Assembly: GCA_037443565.1 (NCBI GenBank)
Contig: JBBIOB010000008.1
Span: 3,166 to 67,165, forward strand
Length of the DNA stretch: 64,000 nucleotides
Direction of reading: 5' to 3'
From: Armatimonadota bacterium
Lineage (GTDB): Bacteria; Sysuimicrobiota; Sysuimicrobiia; Sysuimicrobiales; Humicultoraceae
Shown here: positions 35,178 through 43,472 of the stretch, one piece after another
Layout of the letters: every line of letters begins with the position of its first letter
Position numbering within the stretch: position 1 is the stretch's first letter
Notes under the pieces: generated by a model
Told to the model about the DNA's origin: nothing
Databases searched by the model: none
What the model saw: the letters and a program-made list of their open reading frames with translations, nothing else
Translations under genes and position numbers: made by a program

Positions 35178-35459
35178 CTACCGGCTCCTGCGCCTCCTGG
35201 CCTCGATGAGGTTGACCAGGGCCAAGACCCAGCGGTTCTGCCTCAGGGCGGCCCTGTGCTCCTTGCGGGCTGCTGTCAACCGGTCGCGCTCGGCCTGCAA
35301 GACCGCGCGGTGGCCGACGCGCGCCCCGCGCAACTGCTGGCGTTGACGCTTCCACCGTGAGCGTTCGATGGACAGCGCGCCGCGGTGCGCCGAGGCCGCG
35401 AGCCCCGCCGACCGACGCTGTTCTCCCATGACCCGGTGGTGCTCGAATCGCGCCAGCAT
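35178..35459 (-). CDS. Hypothetical Arg/Gln-rich helical protein (93 aa)
   Basis: MLARFEHHRVMGEQRRS...RSRWKRQRQQLRGARVGHRAVLQAERDRLTAARKEHRAALRQNRWVLALVNLIEARRRRSR. GAGGAG lies 10 nt upstream of the ATG at 35459. It could be a spurious GC-rich ORF. Confidence 0.3.
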   Translation of the reverse strand: MLARFEHHRVMGEQRRSAGLAASAHRGALSIERSRWKRQRQQLRGARVGHRAVLQAERDRLTAARKEHRAALRQNRWVLALVNLIEARRRRSR

Positions 35460-35533
35460 GCAGACGTCACTCCTCGTGGTGCTGGGGCACGATCTCAGTG
35501 TACCAGATGGTGACTCGACGCGGGAGCGCGCCT

Positions 35534-35896
35534 CTACCGCATCTGGAGCGTGTGGAGGCCGTCCGGAATTAGCGCAAAGAACAGGATGACACCCAACACC
35601 ATCGGCACCAGCACGGTGTAGATGAAGCTGATCCGTTCCATCCTCACGTGCATGAAGAAGGCGATGATGAGCCCGGCCTTCATGCCGGCCAGGATCACCA
35701 GCAGAAGGGTCAACATCCATCGCGGCATGGGGACGAAGACGACCCCGACCTCGAGTAGGGTGATGAGCAGGAGCCACCCCCAGGTGACCCAATAGACCCG
35801 GTAGCCGCCGTGAGCGGTGCCGGCGTGTTCCGGGGCGCTGGCCTGGTGTCCGGCGACATCCGTCGTCTGCGTGTGGTGACCCTCTCCGCTACCCAC
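35534..35896 (-). CDS. Cytochrome c oxidase subunit IV (prokaryotic small subunit)
   Basis: 120 aa, GTG start with GAGGAGG 7 nt upstream. Three TM helices, ...LLVILAGMKAGLIIAFFMHV... typical of the family. Confidence 0.75.
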   Translation of the reverse strand: MGSGEGHHTQTTDVAGHQASAPEHAGTAHGGYRVYWVTWGWLLLITLLEVGVVFVPMPRWMLTLLLVILAGMKAGLIIAFFMHVRMERISFIYTVLVPMVLGVILFFALIPDGLHTLQMR

Positions 35897-35917
35897 CTTG
35901 GAGCCTCCTCATGTCGC

Positions 35918-36544
35918 TCAGAGCAGGTACTTGATCGTAAAGATGAACACCCAGACCAGGTCGACGAAGTGCCAGTATAACCCGGCGATCTCCACGCTCT
36001 CCGGCTTGATGCGGCCGGCGGCCTGGCGCGCGATCGTGATCAACAGGTAGATGACCCCGGCGAGCACGTGGGCGCCGTGGAACCCGGTGATGACAAAGAA
36101 GCTGGCGGAGAACAGCGGCACGCCCCAAGGATTTGTGGCGAGCCGCGCGCCCTCGGCGATGAAGTGCGTCCATTCATAGGCCTGCAACCCGAGAAACGTG
36201 ACCCCGCCCAGCACCGTGAGCCAGAGAAACCGGCCGGACAGCCGTCGGTGGCCTCGCGCTGACGCCGCGACCGCGACGGCCATCGTGGCGCTGCTGCAGA
36301 TCAGCACGAAGGTCATGAAGGCGACCAGGTACAGGTCGAAGATCTCGTATTGCGGCGGCCAGTCGACGGTGGCGATGCGCAGCATCCAGTAGCCGGTGAG
36401 CAGCGCCGCAAAGGTCAGGGTATCCTGCAAGAGGAACAGCCACATCATGAGCTTCGGCCAGTTGAAGCCGAACGGCGACCGGCCGCCTCCCCATTCGGAG
36501 GCGAGCGCGTGGTCCTGGGTCATGGTCTCCGCTGACGTTGTCAT
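35918..36544 (-). CDS. coxC: Cytochrome c oxidase subunit III
   Basis: 208 aa. ...SFFVITGFHGAHVLAGVIYL... and ...GLYWHFVDLVWVFIFTIKYLL signature. Confidence 0.88.
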   Translation of the reverse strand: MTTSAETMTQDHALASEWGGGRSPFGFNWPKLMMWLFLLQDTLTFAALLTGYWMLRIATVDWPPQYEIFDLYLVAFMTFVLICSSATMAVAVAASARGHRRLSGRFLWLTVLGGVTFLGLQAYEWTHFIAEGARLATNPWGVPLFSASFFVITGFHGAHVLAGVIYLLITIARQAAGRIKPESVEIAGLYWHFVDLVWVFIFTIKYLL

Positions 36545-36592
36545 CCCCTCCTTGCGGACCGGTCTCCACTGGCCACCGGTCTGGCCTCGGTC

Positions 36593-37165
36593 CTACGCGA
36601 CGAAGAGCAGCGCGAAGACATACAGCCACAACGCATCGACGAAGTGCCAGTAGATCGCTACGGGCGTCACCACCCGCGCCGCCGACGCGGCCACCAGCGC
36701 CCGTCGCGCCCGCACGAGGGCATAGAACAGCGCGCCGACGCCCCCGAGCACGTGGAGGGCATGGGCGCTGGTCAGGAGATAGAAGAAGGCGCTGTGCGGA
36801 CCTGCCGCGAGCGAAACGCCGGCGGAGGTCAACTGGCGCCAGGCGATTACCTGACCGGCGAGGAAGGCGGTCCCCAGCACGGTAGTGACCGCCAGCCCAG
36901 TTCGCAGATGATCCAGGTGGTCGGCGCGGCCCCTGGCCCGGGCCCACTCCATCGCCACGCTGCTCGCCAGCAGCACGGCAGTGTTGATCCAGAGCAGTGG
37001 GGGGATCGGTCCCGCGCGCCAGTCGGACTCTGCGCGGCGCACCACCAGGGTGCTGGTGAACGAGGCGAACAGGATGACCGTCGCCCCGACCAGCAGCCAG
37101 GTTGCGACAACCGATGTGGCGGCCGATGCCGGGCGGTCGTCTACGGCCCGCGTCGCCCGGCTCAC
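36593..37165 (-). CDS. Cytochrome c oxidase subunit III-like paralogue
   Basis: 190 aa. The GTG start overlaps the coxA stop (GTGA). ...FYLLTSAHALHVLGGVGALFY... and ...AIYWHFVDALWLYVFALLF. Confidence 0.8.
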   Translation of the reverse strand: MSRATRAVDDRPASAATSVVATWLLVGATVILFASFTSTLVVRRAESDWRAGPIPPLLWINTAVLLASSVAMEWARARGRADHLDHLRTGLAVTTVLGTAFLAGQVIAWRQLTSAGVSLAAGPHSAFFYLLTSAHALHVLGGVGALFYALVRARRALVAASAARVVTPVAIYWHFVDALWLYVFALLFVA

Positions 37166-39147
37166 GAGGTCACCGGCTCCTCTCCGCCGCCGCCCGCGAC
37201 CGGCGCCAGCGTCGGTGAAGTCTGCGGGACGTAGTCATCCGCGGCCCCGGGCACGCTGTAATCGTACGCCCACCGGTACACCCTGGGCTCGGTCGGCCCG
37301 AAGTTACCGTGCGGCGGGGGCGAGGGGGTCTCCCACTCGAGCGTGGTCGCCCGCCACGGGTTGCGCTCCGCGCGAGGCCCCCACCGGAGGCTCATGACGA
37401 AGTTGTACGCGAAGATGAGCTGCGCGGCGCCGAGCCCGAACGCCGCCAGCGAGATGAATGCGTTGAGCGGACCGAGGCTCTGGAGGTGCTGGTAGAGCTG
37501 GGTTTCATAGATCCGTCGCATCATCCCGGCGAATCCCGCGAAGTGCATCGGGAAGAACGTCGCGTAGATGCCGACGAACGTCAGCCAGAAGTGGATCTTG
37601 CCCAGGCGCTCGTTCATCATCCGGCCGAACATCTTCGGGAACCAGTGGTAGGTACCCGCAAACACCCCAAAGAGGGCCGCCGAGGCCATGACGAAGTGGA
37701 AGTGCGCGACGACGAAGTAGGTGTCGTGCATGTACGTGTCCACGGGCGGCTGCGCCAGGAAGATCCCGGTGAGTCCGCCGGTCACGAACAGCGAGACAAA
37801 CCCGATGGCGAACAGCATCGAGGTGGTGAACTCGATGCGCGCCCGCCACAGCGTCGCCAGCCAGTTGAACGTCTTGATGGCCGAGGGCACCGCGATGGCG
37901 AGCGTGGTGGTCATGAAGGCCATGGCGACTAGGGGGTGCATCCCGCTTGTGTACATGTGGTGCGCCCACACCAGGAAGCTCAAGATGCCGATCGCCGCGA
38001 TCGAGCCCACCATGAAGCGGTAGCCGAAGATCGGCTTGCGGCCGTGGGTGGCCATGATGTCGGAAACCAAACCCATCGCCGGCAGGATAAGCACGTAGAC
38101 CTCGGGGTGGCCCAGGAACCAGAACAGGTGCTGCCAGAGCAGGGGATTGCCTCCGGTGTGGTCGAGCACCCGCCCGGCGACGTAGATCCCCTCGGGCAGG
38201 AAGAAGCTCGTCCCGGCCAGGCGGTCGAAGAGCAACATCACCGCGGCCGCGAACAGTACGGGAAACGAGAGGAGCATCAGGATGGCGGTAACAAACAGCC
38301 CCCAGATCGTCAGCGGCAACCGCATCATCGACATGCCCTTCGCGCGCATCTGGAGGATGGTCGTGATGTAGTTCAACGAGCCGAAGAGCAGCGCAATGAT
38401 GAGGATGGCCAGGGCCACGAGCCATAGCGTCTGCCCGAGCCCGGAGCCGGGCGCGGCCGCCGGGATCGCCGACAGCGGCGGGTAGGCGGTCCAGCCGCCG
38501 CCGGCGGCGCCGCCGGTCACGAAGAACGACGCCATGAGCACGACGATGGCCGGCACCACGAGCCAGTACGACATCATGTTCATCCATGGAAACGCCATGT
38601 CGCGCGCGCCGATCTGCAGGGGGATGAGGAAGTTGCCGAAGCCGCCCGACAGGATCGTGGTGAGCACGAAGAAGATCATGATCGTCCCGTGCATGGTCAC
38701 CACGGCCAGGTAGAAGTCGGGCTTCATTTGGCCGGCCGCGAACCCTCCGGGGAACAGCCAGGCCGCCACCTCCCACCGGGTCCCGGGCCAACCCAGCTGC
38801 ATCCGGATGAGCATGGCGAGCGTCCCGCCCACCAACGCCATGAACAGCGAAGTCAGCATGTACTGGATGCCGATGGTCTTGTGGTCGAGGCTGAAGATGT
38901 ACTTGCGGATGAAGCGCTCCTCGTGCGCGTGCTCAGGTCCTGCAGGGACCTCTTCGAGCACCTCGACGGTTGACGCCCGCACCATGCGCTCGTTCTTGCC
39001 CGTCCGGGCCTCGACGAGGATCGTCAAGACGCCGTACTCGGGGTCGACGCGCCCCACGGTGCCCTCGAGGTCGCCGCTGCGGACGCGCGCACCAGGGGCG
39101 ATCAGGCGGCCCTGGCCGTCGCGCAGTTCCGTGCTTACCTGTGCCAT
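37162..39147 (-). CDS. coxA: Cytochrome c oxidase subunit I (heme-copper oxidase, A-type) with an N-terminal extension of about 75 aa
   Basis: 661 aa. ...FSLDHKTIGIQYM..., WFLGHPEVYVLILPAMG, HHMYTSGM and VVAHFHFVM motifs. The extension MAQVSTELRDGQGRLIAPGARVRSGDLEGTVGRVDPEYGVLTILVEARTGKNERMVRASTVEVL is in frame and shows strong GC3 bias. GGGAGG lies upstream of the ATG at 39147. Confidence 0.92.
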   Translation of the reverse strand: MAQVSTELRDGQGRLIAPGARVRSGDLEGTVGRVDPEYGVLTILVEARTGKNERMVRASTVEVLEEVPAGPEHAHEERFIRKYIFSLDHKTIGIQYMLTSLFMALVGGTLAMLIRMQLGWPGTRWEVAAWLFPGGFAAGQMKPDFYLAVVTMHGTIMIFFVLTTILSGGFGNFLIPLQIGARDMAFPWMNMMSYWLVVPAIVVLMASFFVTGGAAGGGWTAYPPLSAIPAAAPGSGLGQTLWLVALAILIIALLFGSLNYITTILQMRAKGMSMMRLPLTIWGLFVTAILMLLSFPVLFAAAVMLLFDRLAGTSFFLPEGIYVAGRVLDHTGGNPLLWQHLFWFLGHPEVYVLILPAMGLVSDIMATHGRKPIFGYRFMVGSIAAIGILSFLVWAHHMYTSGMHPLVAMAFMTTTLAIAVPSAIKTFNWLATLWRARIEFTTSMLFAIGFVSLFVTGGLTGIFLAQPPVDTYMHDTYFVVAHFHFVMASAALFGVFAGTYHWFPKMFGRMMNERLGKIHFWLTFVGIYATFFPMHFAGFAGMMRRIYETQLYQHLQSLGPLNAFISLAAFGLGAAQLIFAYNFVMSLRWGPRAERNPWRATTLEWETPSPPPHGNFGPTEPRVYRWAYDYSVPGAADDYVPQTSPTLAPVAGGGGEEPVTS

Positions 39148-39183
39148 TCGTGCTCTGGCCTCCCGTTCACGTCGCCCGCGATC

Positions 39184-40029
39184 TCACCGCGGCGCCAGGG
39201 CCGGCCGCTGCTGCGCCAGCCACTCGTCGAACGCCTGCTGCGACTGCACGACCACCCGGCCCCGCATCGCGTAGTGGCCGATACCGCATAGCTCGGCGCA
39301 GGCGATCTCGAACACCCCTTCTCGGGTAGGAGTGAACCGCGTCTCGATCGTCACGCCGGGGACCGTGTCCTGCTTGACCCTGAACTCCGGAATGAAGAAG
39401 CTGTGGATCACACTGGTCGCGGTCAGGCGCACACGCACCGGCCGGTCGACCACCAGGCGCAGCTCCGACGTGACAATATCATCGGCCGCCGCCGGATCGG
39501 CTGCATCCAGTCCCCACGGGTTGGTGCGGGGGTCGATGAACCTCGGACCGACGCGGCCGAACACACCGTCGGGTCCTGGGTAGCGTGCGCGCCAGGCGAA
39601 CTGCTCCCCCCGAACGTCCACCACCATCGCGTCGGCGGCGGCTGGCACGAGGTGGATCCGTGCCCACACCACCCCGCTCATCGACACCATGATGGCCAGG
39701 GCGATCGTCGGGATGATCGTCCAGGTCAGCTCGAGCCGGCGGTCGTCGTGCCAGTGCGCGGCCTTGCGATCCCCGTGGGCCGCGAAGCGCCACACAAACA
39801 GCGCCAGCAGGACGTGCACCAGCACGAAGACGATCCCGGTGATGATCAGCGTCGAGTAGAAGAGCCGGTCGATCATGCCGCCGTGGACCGAGGCCAGGGG
39901 CGGCAGCCACCAGCGGCCGCGGGCGAACAGCGTGAGGCCCACCCCGCCGACGACCACCATGCCCAGGATCACCAGTCCGAGCAGCAGCCCTGTCCGTCGA
40001 GCGTCAACCTGTTGCGGCGCCTTCGTCAT
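39184..40029 (-). CDS. coxB: Cytochrome c oxidase subunit II (CuA), without a fused cytochrome c domain
   Basis: 281 aa. Two N-terminal TM helices and the CuA site HSFFIPEF...CAELCGIGHYAM. Confidence 0.92.
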   Translation of the reverse strand: MTKAPQQVDARRTGLLLGLVILGMVVVGGVGLTLFARGRWWLPPLASVHGGMIDRLFYSTLIITGIVFVLVHVLLALFVWRFAAHGDRKAAHWHDDRRLELTWTIIPTIALAIMVSMSGVVWARIHLVPAAADAMVVDVRGEQFAWRARYPGPDGVFGRVGPRFIDPRTNPWGLDAADPAAADDIVTSELRLVVDRPVRVRLTATSVIHSFFIPEFRVKQDTVPGVTIETRFTPTREGVFEIACAELCGIGHYAMRGRVVVQSQQAFDEWLAQQRPALAPR

Positions 40030-40159
40030 GCGCTCTGACCTCTGTTCCGCCTTCTCGAGGGATGGTTGTGGCTTCCGACTCCTGCCTAACGCTCTGACCC
40101 GCGGTAATTAGTCCCCACAGACCCGCACTCCTTCCGCCTGCGCCTCTGAGCAGACCGGA

Positions 40160-41980
40160 CTATGCCAGAAGCCGGTCCACCGCCATCGAGACGAAGAGCA
40201 GCCCCAGATAGACGATCGAGTAGCCGAACAACGCCAGCGCGGTGCGGTCGCTGACCTGGCGGGCCAGGCGCGCCACCAGCCAGACGAACGGCACCGCCAG
40301 CGCAACGGCGGAGACCAGGTAGACGCGGCCGAGCACGCCCACACCGGCCAGCAGCAGTGTGCACGTGACGAGGGCGATCGTGTACAGTATCATCTGCCGG
40401 ATCGTCTCGCCTTCGCCGCGGATCACGGGGAGCATGGGGACCCGCGCCGCCCGATAGTCCGCGGTTCGGTTGAGCGCCAGCGCCCAGAAGTGCGGCGGAG
40501 TCCAGAGGAAGATCACCGCGAAGAGGAGCAGCGCCGGCACGCTGAGATCCCCGGTCACCGCCGCCCAGCCCACCAGCGGCGGGATGGCGCCGGCCGCGCC
40601 GCCGATGACGATGTTCTGCGCCGACGTCCGCTTGAGCCACATCGTGTAGATCCCCACATAGTAGACGATGCCGGCGAGCGCCAGGCCCGCGGCCAGCCAG
40701 TTTACCGCCAGGCCCAGGACCAGGACCGAGGCCAGGGCGAGTGCCGCTCCAAAGGCAAGCGCGCGGCCCGGCGCCACGCGCCGGGCCGGGATCGGCCGGC
40801 CTCGCGTCCGGGACATGAGCGCGTCGATGTCCCGGTCCCAGTAGCAGTTGATGGCGTTGGCCGCGCCGGCCGCCAGTGCGCCGCCGAGCAGCGTGTAGGC
40901 GGTGAGCGTCCAGGCGACCGGACCACCCGCGGCAACGATCATGGCTGTGGCGGTGGTCAGCAGCAGCAGGACGATGATCCGCGGCTTGGTCAGCGCCATG
41001 TAGTCGGCCGCGGACGCGAGCGTGCTCAACCGAGGGTCGCCGGCGCCGCCGGCTCCCACCGTAACGCCAGAACGGGCCAGACGCCCGCGGACCACAACCG
41101 CAACGAGCGTGGCGAGCAGCGCGGCGGCCCCGCCCAGGTGGGCGATCCGCACCGGCATCCACAGGCGCGTCCAGACATTGAACGCGCCAAGGGTGATCTG
41201 GACGATGACGATCAGGACCGCTAGCGCCGCGACGGCGCGAACGAACCGGTCGTGACTCGCCCGGGCCCGCGAGGCGACGACCGCCACCGCGACCGCCACG
41301 CCAAGGCCGAGCATTCGGTGCAGCACCTGCAGCACCGCCCGCGGCTCAGCCGGCGGGACCACGCTGCCCCGACAGAGTGGGAAGTCCGGACAGGCCATCC
41401 CGGCGCCGAACGCGCTGACGTACCCGCCCAGCGCGATCTGCGCGAAGACCAGCGCCAGCGCCAGGTGGGCGGCACGGGTGAGCCCCTCGGGCGGCGCCGG
41501 GATCGGGTCTCGCGCCCCGACCGCCCAATGGGCGCGCGCGGTGAACAGCACCAGGACGGCCAGGAACGACATGGCCATGAGGTGGTGCGTCCCCTTGATG
41601 GCCGGGGTGAGCATTGAGAGGACCGTGGCGCCGCCGAGCCCGACCTGCACCGCCAGAAGCCCGAGGAGCACCACCATGAGCCGACCCAATCCGACCCGGG
41701 CCGAGTCGAGCCGCCACACGAGGACGGCGAGGACGAGCATCATGGCGCCGACCGCCGAGGCGAGCAGCCGGTGGCCGTACTCGATGAGCACCAGCCCATC
41801 CAGCGGCGGGATCAGCCGGCCGTGACAGAGCGGCCAGTCCGGGCACGCCAGCCCCGCGCCCGTGGCGCTGACCGTCACGCCGACCAGGAGCAACACAAAG
41901 GTCGTGGCGCTGGCGGCAAGCGCCAGGCGCCGGATCCGCCGCATCGTGCGGTCGCGCCGCGTGCTATCCCACGGCACCAT
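40160..41980 (-). CDS. ctaA/ctaB: Fusion of heme A synthase (CtaA/COX15) and protoheme IX farnesyltransferase (CtaB/COX10)
   Basis: 606 aa. The N-terminal half has ...GAGLACPDWPLCHG... and ...GAGMACPDFPLCRG... (paired Cys loops and His residues of CtaA). The C-terminal half has ...ALTKPRII...NCYWDRDIDALMSRTRGRPIP... (the UbiA-type motif of CtaB). Confidence 0.88.
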   Translation of the reverse strand: MVPWDSTRRDRTMRRIRRLALAASATTFVLLLVGVTVSATGAGLACPDWPLCHGRLIPPLDGLVLIEYGHRLLASAVGAMMLVLAVLVWRLDSARVGLGRLMVVLLGLLAVQVGLGGATVLSMLTPAIKGTHHLMAMSFLAVLVLFTARAHWAVGARDPIPAPPEGLTRAAHLALALVFAQIALGGYVSAFGAGMACPDFPLCRGSVVPPAEPRAVLQVLHRMLGLGVAVAVAVVASRARASHDRFVRAVAALAVLIVIVQITLGAFNVWTRLWMPVRIAHLGGAAALLATLVAVVVRGRLARSGVTVGAGGAGDPRLSTLASAADYMALTKPRIIVLLLLTTATAMIVAAGGPVAWTLTAYTLLGGALAAGAANAINCYWDRDIDALMSRTRGRPIPARRVAPGRALAFGAALALASVLVLGLAVNWLAAGLALAGIVYYVGIYTMWLKRTSAQNIVIGGAAGAIPPLVGWAAVTGDLSVPALLLFAVIFLWTPPHFWALALNRTADYRAARVPMLPVIRGEGETIRQMILYTIALVTCTLLLAGVGVLGRVYLVSAVALAVPFVWLVARLARQVSDRTALALFGYSIVYLGLLFVSMAVDRLLA

Positions 41981-41994
41981 GCTCCTCCACGGTG

Positions 41995-43410
41995 TTACCC
42001 GGCAGACGCCGGCAGGTCGGGCAGGGACCAGCCGATGGCCGCCTCGACCAGGCGCGCCGCGGCCAGCAGGGCACCTTCGGCAAACGGGGCTGCCGCCAGT
42101 TGTATTCCGACGGGAAGCCCGTCCGTGGTCAGCCCGGCGGGCACGGCGATCGTGGGCAGGCCTGTGGCGTTGAAGATCCTGGTGAAGCGGGCCACCTTGC
42201 GGCGGACCTCGGGCCAGCGGGGGCCGCGCGGATCTGCGTCGGCAACTGACGGAGCGCCACCAGGTGCCGCGGGCGCCAGGAGCAGCGTGAGATCGCCGAG
42301 CGCGTGGTCCACCTCGGCGCCAAACTCCTCGAGCACCGCGCGGGCGGCGGCCACACCCTGTGGGGTCGTCGCCCCGCCCTGCTCGAGGAGGGCGCGCACG
42401 TCCGGGTTGTACTCTGCGAGCCTCCCGGGAAACGCCGTCTGGTGGAAGGCATGTGCCTCCGCGCGCAGCACGACGAGCTGGGCTTCGTGCACGGCCTCGA
42501 CGCCCCTCAGCGAGAGAGGCCGGACACGGAGCCCGCCACCCTCGAGGGCCCGGGCCGCGCGGTCGAGGGCGGACTCCACCGCCGGATCGAGGTCGGCCTC
42601 GAAGAACGGACCCGTCAGGCGGCCCACACGCAGGCCCGCAAGGTCGGCGGTCATCTCCTGGCGGTACCGGCCCACCGGCACCTCCACGGTGTGCGGATCC
42701 CGAGGGTCACGGCCAGCCATGACCTCCAGCATCAGCGCGGCATCCTCGACGGTCCGCGCCATGGGCCCCACGGTATCGAAGGAGTCGGCCAGCGGGAGCA
42801 CGCCGCGCCGGCTGACGCGGCCGAACGTCGGCTTGAGCCCGACGATCCCACACAGCGCCGCGGGGATACGGATCGAGCCGCCGGTGTCTGTCCCCACGGC
42901 GAGCGCCGCCAGCCTGGCGGCCACAGCGGCGCCAGATCCGCTGCTCGACCCGCCGGTGATGCGCTCGAGGTTCCAGGGATTCCGCGCGGTCCGTCCGTGC
43001 GGATTGACCCCGCTTGTGCCCAGCGCGAACTCGTTGAGGGCGGTGACGCCGAGCACGATCGCGCCCGCCCCGCGCAGCCGCCGGACGACCTCCGCGTCCT
43101 CGGCCTCCGGCTGCTGTCCCAGGAACGCGGCGCCGGCGGTCATCGGCACGCCGCGGACGGTCATCAGATCCTTGATGGCCACGGGGACACCGTGCAGGGG
43201 GCCGGCCAACGTCCCCGTGCGGGCCTCGGCCTCCCGCGCGCGGGCCTCGGCCCGCGCGTCATCGGCGAGGATCCGTATGTAGGCCGCCACGTGCGGGTCG
43301 AGGGCGCCGACGCGTGCGAGGTAGGCCTCCACGACGTCCACGGGTGACCAGCGGCGGCGGCGGACGGCGGCCGCGAGGGCGACCGCCGACAGCTGGAGAA
43401 TCTCATCCAT
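41995..43410 (-). CDS. Amidase (amidase-signature family, GatA-like)
   Basis: Trimmed to the ATG at 43410. GGSSSGSGAAVA signature and ...GTDTGGSIRIPAALCG... Confidence 0.88.
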   Translation of the reverse strand: MDEILQLSAVALAAAVRRRRWSPVDVVEAYLARVGALDPHVAAYIRILADDARAEARAREAEARTGTLAGPLHGVPVAIKDLMTVRGVPMTAGAAFLGQQPEAEDAEVVRRLRGAGAIVLGVTALNEFALGTSGVNPHGRTARNPWNLERITGGSSSGSGAAVAARLAALAVGTDTGGSIRIPAALCGIVGLKPTFGRVSRRGVLPLADSFDTVGPMARTVEDAALMLEVMAGRDPRDPHTVEVPVGRYRQEMTADLAGLRVGRLTGPFFEADLDPAVESALDRAARALEGGGLRVRPLSLRGVEAVHEAQLVVLRAEAHAFHQTAFPGRLAEYNPDVRALLEQGGATTPQGVAAARAVLEEFGAEVDHALGDLTLLLAPAAPGGAPSVADADPRGPRWPEVRRKVARFTRIFNATGLPTIAVPAGLTTDGLPVGIQLAAAPFAEGALLAAARLVEAAIGWSLPDLPASAG

Positions 43411-43472
43411 CCGTGTAGGACTCCTCGACGGGCGGCTTGAATACACCCAGCATCTCAGCCGGGAGGACGCGT

